From the human T2T-CHM13v2.0 reference genome, Homo sapiens: a stretch of DNA of 64,000 nt. The stretch is taken from the NCBI RefSeq assembly GCF_009914755.1, contig NC_060933.1; one strand, written 5' to 3'. The notes beneath the pieces were generated by a model. The model was not told the DNA's origin. It ran no database searches and saw only the letters and a program-made list of their open reading frames with translations. How positions within the stretch are numbered: the stretch's first letter is position 1; each line of letters starts with the position of its first letter. The translations under genes and the position numbers were made by a program. This document shows, in pieces, positions 1 to 19,199 of the stretch.

Positions 1-290
1 ACACATTCACCTCGGCCTGTCTTAAGATTCAGAAACTTTCCAAGACTCTAGAGAAATCTTTCCAGACGCTAGACCCGAGTTAAAGATAAGATGTTGATTG
101 AATGAAACACTCCTACTTGTAGGTGCAATCCCACGTGGAGCTTAAGATGTATATAAGCACTAGAAAAAAAAAAACTTGTAACTTTGAGTTGATCTGGTGA
201 ATTACCTGGCGCTTCTCCCTGTAAGTGGCTGCAGAAATAAACTTCCTTCTTTCCCAGTCTGTCTGTGTCTTGTTATTGAACAATTGCAAT
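1..290 (+). mobile_element. 3' part of an ERV-type LTR (family not determined)
   Basis: TATATAAG at ~150, AATAAA at ~236 followed by a pyrimidine-rich U5-like segment; LTR-like layout. Confidence 0.5.
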
Positions 291-704
291 GGACCTGCCC
301 AGCAAAGTCCTCTTTTGTGTGGTTATCTGGGACTCCTTTTGGAGGGAACATTTAAAATTTTCCATTTCAAAGCATTCTGTTGGCACTCTTACACTGTTTT
401 TCTCTGCCTACCCTGGGACCTGAGTTCTCCTGGACGCGAATCTCCAGCCACAGAGCCTAGAAGCCCATTCCTCCACATTCTGTGACTGTTCCCCAAACAC
501 AGGGAGAATTTTCAGAAAATAAGCCTAAAAATCTTGCCATTCTTTGCAATAAAACCCCACATTACAAACTGCTGAAAACAGGATTTTAGCCTGAATAGGT
601 TTTTCCTCTATTTGAAACCCTTTACAATTTTGGAGGGAAGTTTCCAAATCAATCAGTAAGTACCCCCCATCCCAGGTTTATCCTTATGTAAAGTGCCCCC
701 TTTG

Positions 705-1040
705 CACATGCAAGATTGAATAAACCTTGAAAATATTATGCTAAGTGAAAGAAGCCGGTCACAAAGGACCACATGTTATGTAATTCCATTTAAATAAAAT
801 GTCCAAAATAGACCAATACATAGAAGCAGAAAGTAGATTTGTGGTGGCCCAGGGTTAGGGGAGTTGGGGGGAAATGGAGGGATATGGTATTTACTTCAGG
901 GTAATGAAAATGATCTAAAATTTATTGTGGTGATGTTTGCATAACAGTGCAAATATACTGAAAAACATTGAATTTTACACTTTAAATCAGTGGCTTCTGT
1001 GGTATGTTATCAATATTTCTCAATAAAACTTCAAAAATAA
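705..1040 (+). mobile_element. Old L1 (L1MB/ME-type) 3' end
   Basis: ccttgaaaatattatgctaagtgaaagaagcc...aattttacactttaaa...tctcaataaa, typical L1M 3' UTR. Confidence 0.75.
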
Positions 1041-1131
1041 AAGCGCCTATGTGTCTTTTTGTGTATTATTCCTCCAGAGTCCAGTCCATAGTTTTTACAT
1101 TTGATGAAGAAATTAAGATTTTGTTTCTTCT

Positions 1132-1360
1132 TCTATTTTTTTTTTTTTTTTTGAGACAGAATCTCCCTCTGTTGCCCAGACTGGAGTGCATTGGCACAAT
1201 CTTGGCTCAGTGCAACCTCCAGGATAATTTTTGTATTTTTAGTAGAGACAGCGTTTCACCATGGTGGCTAGACTGGTCTCAAACTTCTGACCTCAAGTGA
1301 GTCCCCCACCTTGGTTTCCAAAATTGCTGGGATTACAGGCGTGAGCCACCGCACCCAGCC
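1132..1360 (-). mobile_element. Alu with internal deletion
   Basis: poly-T, gagacagaatctc...gctgggattacaggcgtgagccacc; part of right arm missing. Confidence 0.9.
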
Positions 1361-1485
1361 CAAGATTTAGTTTCCATTGTTTTGATGCCCTAGGGCCATC
1401 TTATTCTACCTTAATTTCTGACGCATCATCTCAGTGGAAATTTTACATTAGGCCCCAAAGTATTTTCCTCTTTTAAGATTTTATC

Positions 1486-1777
1486 AGCTGAGTACAGTGG
1501 CTCACACCTGTAATCTCAACACTTTGGGAGGCCAAGGTGGGAGAAGGAGTTGAGCCCAGGAGTTCAAGACCAGTCTCTGCAACATAGTGAGACACACATA
1601 TCTACAAAAAAAATTGTAATTAGGTGGGCATATTGGTGCATGCCTGTGGTCTCAGCTTACTACATAGGCTGAGGGAGGATCACTTGAGCCCAGGAGGCTG
1701 AGGTTACAGTGGCCATGATTATACCACTGCACTCCAGTCTGGGTGACAGAGCGATAGCCTGTCTTAAAAAAAAAAAT
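1486..1777 (+). mobile_element. Alu (AluJ-like)
   Basis: dimeric Alu, gagcccaggagttc diagnostic, A-tail. Confidence 0.9.
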
Positions 1778-2169
1778 TATTGGAATTTTTTTTTTTTAGA
1801 AAACAAAGTATACACTTAGTGACTTGATACAAATGAATGAATTTGATAATCTACAGAAAAAAAAACAAATAAATAAAAACTCAAAGCCATTCTTCTTATG
1901 TGAATCTCTGGTGTCTCTGAATTATAAGAATTGTGAATTATGATTAATAACAAAAATGCATGACAAGGACTCATTAAGGGATAGGCATTAATAAACTGCA
2001 ATGCACACTTACTGGAGTAAGGCCTTTAAAGATGTACAAGAAAAAGAAAGAAAAGGCATTGAAAAATTGCGTTGCCTACCAAAACGCTAAAGTTTACCTA
2101 AGTCCATTAATCGGCACACACAGGCAATGGGTATGTAAAAGGGTCAACACAGTCTCCTATGAATGTATC

Positions 2170-2520
2170 CTTTTATTAATAGGTCTGTGGGGGTAAGAGA
2201 TGAAGTTCTATAGATCCTGGAATCAGGGATGGGGAATCTGTGAGGTCCCTGGGGTGAGAGATGACGATCTGTAGATTAGTGATGGGTGGTCTTTGGGATA
2301 GTGATGAGGTCCATGGAATCAATGATTGTGGGTATGTAGGGTCAGTGATGAGGGAATCTGGTGTCAGTGATGGGATGTGTGTGGAATCAATATGTGAAAG
2401 CCAGATTTGTGGTGTCATCTCTCAGGCTGACACATCCTGATCTGTGTGTCAGTGGTGGAAATTCTATGGGGTCAGAGTGTGACTGTCAGGTCCCTGACAC
2501 TGTGTGTTCTGGGTCTGGCC
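2170..2520. repeat. Degenerate low-complexity repeat (gtcagtgatg/ggaatc units)
   Basis: recurrent gtcagtgatg(a/g)ggg, ggaatc, tgtgggg words. Confidence 0.4.
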
Positions 2521-3713
2521 AAGTGCACAGATTCCCTTGCCTTGTCCTGGCTGGGGAGGCCCTTCTCAAGGACCCCTCACATGAAGGGTGGGTTGGTGGT
2601 GGGTTTTGTTTTTGTTTTTGTTTTGCAGTGGAGGTGGGGGTGGGTTAGCTTTTTCTTTAGGGTTTAGTTTTGCCTCTTAGAGACCACAGACACATGCAGC
2701 TTTTAGGAAGAAATTTTTGTCTGGGTGGTTGCTAGGTCCTTTGGGCCAAGCCATCTAATGGGAGTAAAACTGACCATTCCCTCAGCGAGGTTCAGATCTA
2801 GACGGTCATTTTAAGGTGTCCTCAAGGTGGCGTGCAAGTGGGTTGTGGCTTCGAGTGGCAGGTGTGCGGGAAGAAACAACTGAGAAGACCCAGGAGCGCT
2901 CCTAGGCTGGATCTGTCACAGCTGGAAGAACAGCCTCCCAAACCCATCAGGCGCCAATGGGAGGTACCTCTGGGCTGTGAGAGGCTGGTGGAGTTGGGAC
3001 CTCCAGACCTAGAGATTCTGGGTACAGAAGCCTATTACTGCCAGACGCTGAGGCGTTGCCATGGGATCCAAGGGCGTTTCGGGTCAGCTCAGAGCCTTTC
3101 TCAGATAATTGTTTCGGTAACTGGGGAGCTGCTGTCCAGCGCACGCCCCTATGAAGGCTTAATGTTCTGTCTCCCGCAGAGTCTTCTTTGGTCTGAGAGC
3201 CACTTGTTTCTTACATCCTTGTGCTAATCTCACCATCTGCTCCTACATACCCCAGGCATTTGCCACATGCTGGTCCTCTCTTTCCTGACAGGCGGGCCAT
3301 CTCTCCAGCTTCTGTGAGGACAGTTCAAATTATGGAGGAGGGGGCAGATGCAGGGCAGCAGTGCTGAGGGGAGTACCATGCAGTTGGGGGAGCAGGGACT
3401 CATTTTTCTTTGTAGCTCAGATTCCTAAGCCTGTGACTTTGAGTATCGGTGTCTTCCTTGCAATGTTTCAATCTGAGGTTATTGGGGAGAGTGCAGAATT
3501 GGAGCCCGATGGAAGACTGGTGGGGAGAGGGGTGGGTGGAGGGAACATGGAGAATGTGTCAGGTGGTGTCTATTCCTGACACCCTACTTTGCCTGCTGGA
3601 GTTTCCCAGTCTGTTCCAGATGCACTCTCTCGACCCTGAAGGGACCTGAGGGAGGATGTTTGTTGCCAGTGTGTGCTCCCCTGGACTCAATTGGAATTGG
3701 TCCCACAAAGTGT

Positions 3714-3715
3714 TT

Positions 3716-3754
<39 letters not shown>

Positions 3755-4036
3755 TTTGGAGGGAGTCTCGCTCTGTCACCCAGACTGGAGTGCAGTGTGG
3801 CAATCTCAGCTCACTGCAACCTCTGATTCCCAGGTTCAAGTGATTCTCCTGTTTCAGCCTCCCTAGTAGTTGGGACTACAGGTGTCCGCCACCACACCTT
3901 GCTAAATTTTTTATTTTTAGTAGAGGCAGGGTTTCACAATATTGGTCAGGCTGGTCTCAAACTCCTGACCAGGTGATCGACCCACCTTGGCCTCTCAAAG
4001 TGCTGGGATTACAGGTGGGAGCCATCACACCCCGCC
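3714..4036 (-). mobile_element. Alu with (TTTA)n tail
   Basis: Alu reverse complement; ~11 TTTA units at 3714-3757. Confidence 0.92.
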
Positions 4037-4112
4037 AATCCCACAAATTTAGGCATTATGGTGAATTGCTACTTTTGAATCACTTATTTTTTACTTGCGT
4101 TTTTCCCCCTCC

Positions 4113-4405
<293 letters not shown>

Positions 4406-4716
4406 CTTCCCTCCTTTTCCTTCAGGGATTTTAAATGTTTTCTTTCCTCCATCTATTTAATTATATGTGATTGCCTTGAGGATTTCAGCTTGAATTAAAA
4501 TTACATATATTTACCTGTCTTTATTAATATTTAAACATATTAAAATAATACATGTTCATAATGAAAATGAAACATTACAAATAAATACACAGGAAAGGCA
4601 GTATTCCCCCTCCAGTTCCACTCTTGAAATAACCAGTTAACAAGATGATGAGCAACTTTCCATGATGTTCTCCAAGATTCATGTAAGTATTGGCCAGCAA
4701 ACAACAGAATATACAG

Positions 4717-5020
4717 GCCAGGCGTGGTGGCTCATGCCTGTAACCGCAGCACTTTGGGAGACTGAAGCGGGTGGATCTTTTGAGGTTAGGAGTTCGAGAC
4801 TAACCTGGCCAACGTGGTGAAACCCCATCACTACAAAAAATACAAAAATTATTTGGGCACGGTGGTGAGGGCCTTAATCCCAGCTACTTGGGAGGCGGAG
4901 GCACGAGAATCTCTTGAACCCGGGAGGAGAAGTTTGCAGTGAGCCAATATCGCATTACTGCCCTCCAACCTGGATGACAGACTGAGATTCCATCTCAATA
5001 AATAAGTAAATACATAAAAT
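4717..5020 (+). mobile_element. Alu (AluS-like)
   Basis: ggccaggcgtggtggctcatgcctgtaa... dimer. Confidence 0.92.
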
Positions 5021-5131
5021 AAAGAGAAAAAAAGAAAGATGAAAGAAAGATAAAGAAAGAAAGAAACAAGAAAGAAAGAGAGAGAGAAAGAAAGAAAGAG
5101 AAAGAAAGGAAGAAAGAAAGAAAAAGAGAGA
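5020..5131 (+). repeat. (GAAA)n polypurine tract
   Basis: directly visible, grown from the Alu tail. Confidence 0.9.
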
Positions 5132-5796
5132 AGTCGTGTGCTCAGGTTGCTAAGATCGATGGTAAGAACAAATCCTCTAGCGGTGAAAATGTAAGAAGGA
5201 AAAAGAAATTTCTGTTAGTCTTGTTTGTTGCACCCCAAGCTCTAAAAAGTACAGCCACATGTGTGATAAGTGCTTAGTTAAGATGAAAAAGGCATTAAAT
5301 TTGTGAGTGGAAATCAAACAGAAATGTGTTCTGATTGAAAGCAATTGGGTCAATGCTACCCAAGTTTCAGGCATCCACTGCGGGTCTTAAAACACATCTC
5401 CTGCAGATAAGGGAGGGCTATTATATAACGTTTCTTTCTTTTTTCTTTAATTATAAAGCATTCTCCTTTTTTAATATAAAAATTGGCCACATATATCACT
5501 TTAGGTATAAAGATATTAGGATACCTTTATAGTAGATAAAATGCTGACACATTCTTTGTAAGAGTTAAAGTATCTTTCATTATATGAGCATTTAAGATAT
5601 TAAAGTACTTTTGCCACCAAAAATAGTGCTTCTGTAAATATTCTTTTACTTATAACTTTGTTAGTTTTTACTTCTGCTGAAACAAATTGCATGAGGAAAC
5701 AAGTGTATGTGTGTAAAGTGTAATATATGTATATATATTTAATATGGGTATATACAACTTAATATATACACATACATACAATAACATATACAATTT

Positions 5797-6114
<318 letters not shown>

Positions 6115-6116
6115 TA

Positions 6117-6438
<322 letters not shown>

Positions 6439-6528
6439 CTACATACTTGATTTCTTTCCAAAGGTTTATATAACACTGTACTTTCACCAACAATATATGC
6501 AACTACTCATTTCCTACATACTATCACT

Positions 6529-7068
6529 TGTGTGCAGTCAAGGAAACTTAGTAGGCCTGAATTGCCCAAACCTGGCATACTCCAAAGAATGGTGTGACTC
6601 TATCCTAGTTCCCAGGAAATAACCTCTAAGTCCTCGGACTCTCCTGCCTATCTGGGAGTTAACAACGTGATTTATTATGGGGACCTTGGACCATGCAGTG
6701 TCAGCTTGACCTTGGGAAGGGTGGAGACAGAGAAACTAATGTCATCCAAATGGGTGTTCTTGTCCATGTGACCAACCTCCAGTAAAATGCTCAACACCAA
6801 GGCTCAGGTAAGCTTTTTGTTGGGGAGTATATTCTATACTGTTTGCCACATATCGCTGGGTGAATTAAGCACTGTCCACACGATGTCACTGGGAGAGGAC
6901 AACTGGAAGCTTGTGCTTTGTCTCTCCTGGACTCTGACCTGTGCACCTTTTTCTGCTGCTGATTTTAATCTGTATCTTTTTGTTGTAATAAACTATGAGT
7001 AAAACAGCTTCACTCGGTTTTGTGAGTCTTTCTAATTAATCACTACACCTTTGGGACCTCAGAACACA
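6529..7068 (+). mobile_element. MER21-family LTR
   Basis: ggaaataacctctaagtcc, gtgaccaacctccagtaaaa...caccaaggctcagg, gaggacaactggaagct match recalled MER21. Confidence 0.7.
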
Positions 7069-7351
7069 ATGTTGTTTCTTCTTTAATTGAATTTTCCATG
7101 TTATGTAAGAAACCTATGTGCATAAATGAAAAATCACAAACTAAGAAAGAGCTTTCCATGCAGTCTACTCCCCCACCCTGTTTCTCCAATACTCCCAGAT
7201 CTACTTCCTGAATAATCAAATGTCTAAATTTTCTAAACTATTTCTAATCTATATATCTGAGTGCTTATCTCTATATTATATAATAGGTAGATCCTGCTCC
7301 TTCTCAATATATCAACTTGATATATTACCTGATGGCTTCCTGTTCTGATAG

Positions 7352-7728
<377 letters not shown>

Positions 7729-7760
7729 ACTCTCACTATTTTCAATGGCTCTCTTGGTCA

Positions 7761-8527
<767 letters not shown>

Positions 8528-8559
8528 TGCTTTTTGACAAATCATCTCTGTTCTTACAT

Positions 8560-8690
8560 TATGTCCACTAGAATATAAACTTGATGAGAGCAGGAGATAT
8601 TGTCAATTTTGTTCAATGCTATTTATCCCTAGAGCCTAGAACTGTACCATGCACATGGTAAGGAGACAAATAGTTGTTGAATGAATATAT
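8560..8690 (+). mobile_element. L2 3' end fragment
   Basis: ccactagaatataaact...gagcagg...gttgaatgaat. Confidence 0.65.
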
Positions 8691-8747
8691 TGAGCAGCTG
8701 TTCTCAGACTTTTTGGTTTCAGAAATTCTTTACTCTCTGTTTCTTTA

Positions 8748-8963
8748 CTCCCGACCTCAGGTGATCTGCCCACCTTGGCCTCTCAAAGTGCTAGGATTAT
8801 AGGAGTGAGCCAAAACACCCACCAACCAAATAATTTTTGTATGGTAGTAGGCACTGGGTTTTGCCATGTTGGCCAGGCTGATCTTGAACCCCCGAACTCA
8901 AGCGATCCCCCACCTCAGCCTCCAAAAGTGCTGAGATTACAGGCTGAGCCACTGCACCTGACT
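8748..8963 (-). mobile_element. Tandem Alu left-arm fragments
   Basis: two successive caaagtgct(a)ggatta...gagcca motifs. Confidence 0.8.
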
Positions 8964-9539
8964 AAATAAACCAAAAACTTTAGATAAGTGAATTTGGAGG
9001 AAATACTTATAACAGATAAAATGGACAAACAGATAATTCTAATTTACTGTCTCTCTGGCTTAATAAAATATTAGTCAATACCCTAAGAAGAAAGGAACAA
9101 AATCTAAAAATTCACCATTCACAAACACAAATAGTCAGAAAACAAAGTCAAAACCTAAGAACTTGTTGACCTTATGTCTCCTCTGAAATCAGCTCTTGAA
9201 TGTGTTGAACTAGGATTGACCTCAGATTAGGAAATTTTTAAAATATTTTTTAAAGTTGCACTTTTTGGAATTTAAAATTAATCCAGATTATGTAATATAT
9301 AACATTTGGAATTTACCAATCAATACTCTATCATTTTATTTTTCACTCTTCAAATAATTTCTTGTTCAAGAGTTTAAAATGCTTTTAAAATTAATAGAAT
9401 CTGCAGGCTATGGTCTGTAGAGACTGTCTCTACAAAAAATAAAAATATATATTATTTTAAAATATATGTAAAATATATATTTATTTAAATGTATATGTTT
9501 CAAGTATATAAAATATATTTTTAAAATTTCATTTTTTTG

Positions 9540-10980
<1,441 letters not shown>

Positions 10981-11224
10981 AAGGATGCAGGTGTCATGCA
11001 CACAAATATGTATGTATATGTCATGCTCATATACGATTTTAAATGCATATATGTGTTCTATGGATATGTAAGTATTTCTCTATTTTCACAGAAATGTCAC
11101 TCTAAATCAGTACCTAGGGAGGGTCATCATTTTCTTTATCTACAAATCAAGACACAGTATGAGTGGCTGCACCCAATTTGGTAAGTCCTCTATTATTGAG
11201 GATGTTTTCCTGTTTCCCTTGTCA

Positions 11225-11478
11225 TTGTTGTTGCTGTTTTGTTTTGAGACAGAGTTTCACTCTTTTGAGTCAAGTGGTGTGATCTCAGCTCACTGTAGCC
11301 TCCCGAGTAGCTGGGATTATAGGTGCCCACCACCACGCCTAGCTAATTTTTGTATTTTTAGTAGAGATGAGGTTTTACCATGTTGGCCAGGCTGGTCTTA
11401 GCTCCTGACCACAGGTGATCCATCTGCCTCAGCCTCCCAAAATGCTGAGATTACAGGCGTGAGCCACCATGCTTGGCT
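11225..11478 (-). mobile_element. Alu with internal deletions
   Basis: Alu reverse complement. Confidence 0.88.
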
Positions 11479-11834
11479 GCTTTCGTCATTTCAGACTGAG
11501 CTTGGAGAAGAACCTGAGGAAAAACATGACTTTAAAATTTTGATGAATGGAGAAATCTCTTTCCATTCACCTTCCTTTCCTCTATTTCATTCTTATTTTA
11601 AAATATGCAAACAAAGGTATGGATACATCAATTATTAAATAAACATCTGTGTGATATCTATCCAGGTGAAGAAATAGAGCACTATCACCACCGAGAAGTC
11701 CTCTGTATGCCCCTAACTGATCCTAAAGTCTTCCTTCCCCTTATTAGTAACAGATATAACAGATATCCACATTACCTGTGGATATCTGCCATCCTCTCCT
11801 TGGTTCTCTTTATAATTTTATTATGTATTTTATA

Positions 11835-12086
11835 TATTTTTTTTCTGTTTTGGAGATGGAGCCTTACTCTGTTGCCCAGGCTGGAGTGTAGTGGCATGAT
11901 CTTGACTCACTGCAACCTCCGCCTCCCAGATTCAAGCGATTCTCATGACTCAACGTCCCAAGTAGCTGGGATTACAGGCATGGGCCATGTGCCTCCATGC
12001 CTGGATAATTTTTGTATTTGTAGTAGAGATGGGGTTTTGCATGTTGGTCAGGCTGGTTTAGAACTCCTGAGCTCAATGCCTGGCCT
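11835..12086 (-). mobile_element. Truncated Alu within old L1
   Basis: Alu reverse complement; flanking ttatgcatttt/ttatgtatttt. Confidence 0.85.
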
Positions 12087-12256
12087 TATTATGCATTTTT
12101 TATATGCCTAAAGTAAAGTCTGATTTTGCCTGGTTTTTCTCTTACATAATTGGAGTAAAAGTCTGTATCCTGGTGCATCTGGCACCTTTTACTCAATATT
12201 AAGTATTTAAGATTCACACTTAGCATTGTTTCTGCATTCTATTAAAACAGTACACC

Positions 12257-13560
<1,304 letters not shown>

Positions 13561-13691
13561 TGGGCCTTTTCTTCTCTATAACAGGCCCTGTCAAGATATA
13601 TGTGTGGTGTGGCAGGGGTAGGAGCCCCTAGAGGTAGCATGGGCTCTGGAATCCTTAATCATCCTATGTGAAAAAGTTGGTGGGGCCGTGA

Positions 13692-13993
<302 letters not shown>

Positions 13994-14829
13994 TAATATT
14001 TCCTATGTGCAATGGTGTAGCCAGGGTGCAAAGCCAGTTCTTAATGATTCTGTCATCCAAATATTATACCTTCTCAATTCCCCTTGAGATATGCTCATTC
14101 CTCCATACAATTAAACAATCTCAATTACTCTTGAAGGAGCATAAAATCCTCCCTGTCTAATCATGGGTCTTTCCAAATTATTTGTTGGCTTGTGTTTAAA
14201 ATATAAAAAAGAGAATGTAGATTTTGTTTTCTTCTTCCTGCTTAACCTGAACAAAATGTCATAGTTACCTCCTAGCCTGTTGCTAGACCAAGGAGAGTCA
14301 CTTGAATAATGAACAAGACTGGAGGGAAACCACATGGATAATTTATCATTACACTATCATCACATACATGGAACTCATCAATGAAGCTTACAAAAAAAAT
14401 TGAGTCATTTGTGGAAAAGTGTAAAGAGAATATAGGAGATGCCTCAAGTGAAGAGAAAAAAGCTGCAGAAAATAATTACAAAAAAGAGTGTTAAGATGTA
14501 AACACAAATTCAGAGATTCAGGAGCACAAAGGATTAAGTAAAGGGAAAAAAAGAGTTATCAGTATTTTCTTATTCATTATGGAGAGCAGGATGAATTCTT
14601 AAAAGGTCAAATAATTGTGAGTCTGATATATCTGACGATAATTTGTATTTTGTATTTCTAATGTTGTAAATGGTTGTTAATTCACAGTCATTATTCCTAT
14701 TTTCTTTAGACTAGTGACCATGAGTTTGACTGACAAAAACCCATTGGGTTAGTATTGTTATCTATGTGTGTTCATCATGCTAAGTGTTAAAATAAGTCCA
14801 TCAATTTTTGTCTTGTGTTTGTTTTCATT

Positions 14830-15133
14830 TCATTTTAGTTTAGTTTCTTTGGGACAGGGTCTCACTGTGTCACCCAGGCTGGAAGTGCAGTGGCATGATC
14901 ACAGCTCATTGCAGCCTCTACATCTCCAGGCTCAGGTGATCCTCCTACCTCAGCCTCCCAAGTAGCAGGGACTACAGGCATGAGCCACCACACCTGGCTA
15001 ATTTTTGTATTTTTTGTAGAGACGGGGTTTTGATATGTTGCTCAGGCTTGTCTCAAACTCTTGGACTCAAGTGATCTGCCCACCTTGGCCTCCCAAATTG
15101 CTGGGATGACTGGCATGCACCACTGTCCTGGCC
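14830..15133 (-). mobile_element. Alu (AluJ-like)
   Basis: TSD tgttttcattt. Confidence 0.9.
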
Positions 15134-15856
15134 TGTTTTCATTTTATTAATTGGCTGATTCATTCAGAAACATAATTATCAAGTAAAATCTCACTCTTTC
15201 CTTAGCATTTCCCTTCCGTTTAGCTGAGAAAATCTATTCCTATTTTAAAACATATACGATTATTCGAGTGTGGTGGCACATGCCTGTAATCCCAGCTACT
15301 CAGGAGGCTGAGGCAGGAGTATCACTTCAACCCTGGAGTGATATAGTGATTATATATAATATATAACTATATAGTGATTATAGTTTATAATTTTAACTAT
15401 ATCATGTCTCCTGCCTCATAAGTACCACTGGACAAGTTCCCTTTTATGAACTCAGCTGCTGTCAGAGGTAAATGTATTTTGAAGTGGAGAACAAAGATAA
15501 GTGCAAAATTGGCATGGAGAACTAAGGTAATTATGAAAGTTCCAGATACAAAGAGAGAGGGCTCAATATGCCAGCAGTTCTCTTCCAATCCATCCTAGTG
15601 GCCTTCTGTTAGGATTGCCTAAATAATGGAGGAGATGGGTGCAAGACACACAAGTGTTCCAGAAGCATGTAAACAAGGTACAGAGAAGAGGATAAGATAA
15701 AATAAGATGAGATAAGAATATTAGGAATGCCTTGTTCAGAAGATTGCCTACAGAGGCAAAAGGGACAGTTTCATTTTGCTGAGGGAAACAGGGTGGTAAG
15801 AACCCTCCTGGGGAAGATCCCCACTTACCCTGATACAGAAAGAAGGTGTAAAATTT

Positions 15857-16347
15857 CGTAATGGGAGAGCATTAGGCTGAGATAGCTCCCATGGCCAGGG
15901 TTCCTGCATAGACAAAATGAAACAAGCTTAGCCCACCCACAGGTGGCCTGCTGAGTATTAGCTGGGTAATGAGAGACCTACCACCAGGATAGTTCAAATA
16001 ATGCAACTGCCCACATTTTTGCCAATCAAATAATTTCTCTACTTTACTTCTATATTCACCCTGTAAAAGCCTTCCTTACAAACACCTCCAGTAGATCCTC
16101 CAACCACTTTCAGTTTGGAGCTGCCTGATCCATGAATCTCTGTTTGCTTAAATAAACTCTTTAAAATTTTAATATGCTTAAGTTTATCTATTTTTTTCTC
16201 ATTTTAAAAAATTGAGATGGGATCTTCCTATGTTGTCCAGGCTGGTCTTAAACTCCTGAACTCAAGGGATCCTCCTGCCTCAGCCTCCTGAGTAGCTGGA
16301 ATTATAGACGTGTGCCTCCACACCCAGCTTACATTTATCTTTAAACA
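15857..16347 (+). mobile_element. ERV1-type solo LTR interrupted by a minus-strand Alu monomer (16190-16330)
   Basis: gctgcctgatccatgaatc...aataaactctttaaaatttt...tttatct|Alu|tttatctttaaaca. Confidence 0.6.
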
Positions 16348-17299
16348 AGGGTTTGACGTCTTTCTGAAATATATTTCTGTGAAGACCTGTACCCTCAGTG
16401 ATATGGCAGGCTCATTTTAGACCACTGAGCACTTTTGTCTCTGGACTACAATTTGCCCTTTGTGACCTGCTCTACTAAAAAATTCAAGTGTAATTCAAGT
16501 TAGTTTACCCTCTGCTGATCAGGGGAGATTGCTCTCGGTGCAAGTTCAAAACAGGCACTCACACTTTCATTCATACCCCAAATCTCAGCATCACACAATA
16601 CACCCATGTAATAAACCTGCAAAGGTACCCTCCGAAATCTAAAATGAAAGTTGAAATTCATTAAAATTTTAATTTCATCTTATTACAAAACAAAGATAAA
16701 TTTACTGCTTTCCAATTTTGATATATATATTATACTGACATACACACTGTATTCTATGGTGAATTATGTTGATTGAATTTCACATTTTAAACTAACACTG
16801 AGTTACTTTGAAAAACTCTATTGGGTGATAATGTATTATGTTTTTAATATATTTTAATATAATTTGAAAATATTGTTTTAAAATTACATCTATGTTCCAT
16901 AAATAAATAAATATGTAAAAATAATAAATGTTTGTATTATTCAAGTGAAGATTATAGCAATATTTTTGAATATCTACTTAATCTCAACTAGTTTTAATTC
17001 AGAAGTAGCAACTCCATAGAAATTCAGCTTATTACTACCTTATTACTCATACTTGTCTCCTTGAAGAAGCTTCATTGCTATCATCCAGTTTAGACTGGGA
17101 TGTCATAAATCTCTAGACTGAGTAGTATAATATCCACTGTACAAATAAAATCAAATTATTATTATAATGTTATGACACCTCCAAATACAAAAAGCAAGCC
17201 CATGGATGTCAGGTTAAGGTATAGAGACAAATATTCCTACTTACTGTCTTTTAGGGCAGACATATCCCAGCCAATCTGATTGCAAAATGAAATGGAAAC

Positions 17300-17430
17300 C
17301 ATATGGTGGAAGGGGACTTGGGACTCACACAGATTGGATTTTCATTCCAACCCTTACATACACAAGCTGCATGACTCTGGGTAGATTGCATATTCTCTTA
17401 GACTTTCAATTTCCTCATCTGTGCAATGGC
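17300..17430 (+). mobile_element. MIR
   Basis: core gactctgggtag...tttcctcatctgtgcaatgg. Confidence 0.65.
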
Positions 17431-18244
17431 AGTTAATTCTTATGGGCTATGGCTGATGTGGGGATAAAAGAACCAACATGGATGCATGGGCAGGGCCTGG
17501 TCCATGGAGCAGCTGGCATCAATAAATGGAAGCCCCTTCCCATCTTGTCTTTGCGTGCACCACAAAATCTGGAATATGTGGGTATAAAAAGTACTCTTAA
17601 AAGAGACATAATTGGAAACTTTTGCAAAAAGAGATTGGAAAGGTGTCACATCTTGTGGCATGAGGAGCTGTGGGCATACACTTGAACTTTGTGCTGTGAG
17701 ATATCCACAGAACTTCAGTAGCTGAAGAGAACAGTTTAGATGTCATCTTATTCATCTACCATAGAACTTCCTCTTCTTCTCTGAGATTTCTAGACAATAA
17801 CTTTTACAGCTCTAATAATGCAGTTGTCTCACAATTGTTTGGACTATTCTAATAGATACAAAGCAGTATTTCACCAGCAGATGCTACTGCAGTTTGTATG
17901 ATGATTTCAAACTGAGAATCTATTTAAAGTTATGCAATACTTTTTTTTGGAAATAGGGTGAAAGTAGTTTAAGTTTAAAATCCTATAAAATAGGTTTACA
18001 GTAAATAATTACTTGTTGCAATATCTATCATACTATCTTATATTCACACATGTGTTGGTGTCCTAATACATATGTATGAGAGTGAAAGTTACCTGAGGTC
18101 AGACACTGTGCCATATGTTCCCTGCACCACTGGTGCCTATTTCAGCACATGATATACAGTAGATGCTCAATAAATACTTTCACTTAAAAAATGCACTGAG
18201 AATAAATCTTATTAGACATCAAAATACATATGAGTACAATCTAG

Positions 18245-18575
<331 letters not shown>

Positions 18576-18679
18576 ACAAAATGTTTTAAAGTAGCTTCAA
18601 AACCCATTTGCAAATAGATGTATTCATAACAAGCTGCAAACAAGAAAACATTGAGCTTCATATAATAGAAGGATTCTGC

Positions 18680-18912
18680 CTGGATTTGCATGTGGCCCCA
18701 TCATTTGTTTGCTGTTGGGCCATGGTCAGGTTACGTAGCTGCTCTCTGCCTCCACATAGGCTTTATGCCTGTGTATCCCTCATCTACAAAATGGGAATAA
18801 TAAGAATATCTAACAGTTAGAAGTGGAGAAAATATATGTAAAGACCTTTGAAAAGGGCTTGTGAAAGCTCAATAATTGTCCTCAATAATTGCTCTCAATA
18901 ATTGTCAGCTAT
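18680..18912 (+). mobile_element. MIR
   Basis: cctcatctacaaaatgggaataataag; end ctcaataattgtcagctat. Confidence 0.6.
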
Positions 18913-19199
18913 CATTCAATAATAATCATAATCATGAAAATGTATGACTCAAAGAAAGATTCTGACTTCATATCCAGCTTCCCAAAAGAATCAGACACTG
19001 GACCTGCGAAAAGAATGACATTGAGATGTATTTTCACATTGCTAAGTTGGTTTTTTCTTTGCCATTCAATTTCTGCAGTCCCTACTCTAAGCCCATGGTC
19101 CACCTTTTTATTTTTCCTCCTAAGATGTCTTCCCTTCTTGTAAGATTTACTTTTCCTTAAAAAGGGCCCTTTTCATCCACCCACTCTTTTGCCCTTCCC

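Noticed and set aside
5132-5185. Faint tRNA-Ser-like wording
   Set aside because: No B box and no cloverleaf
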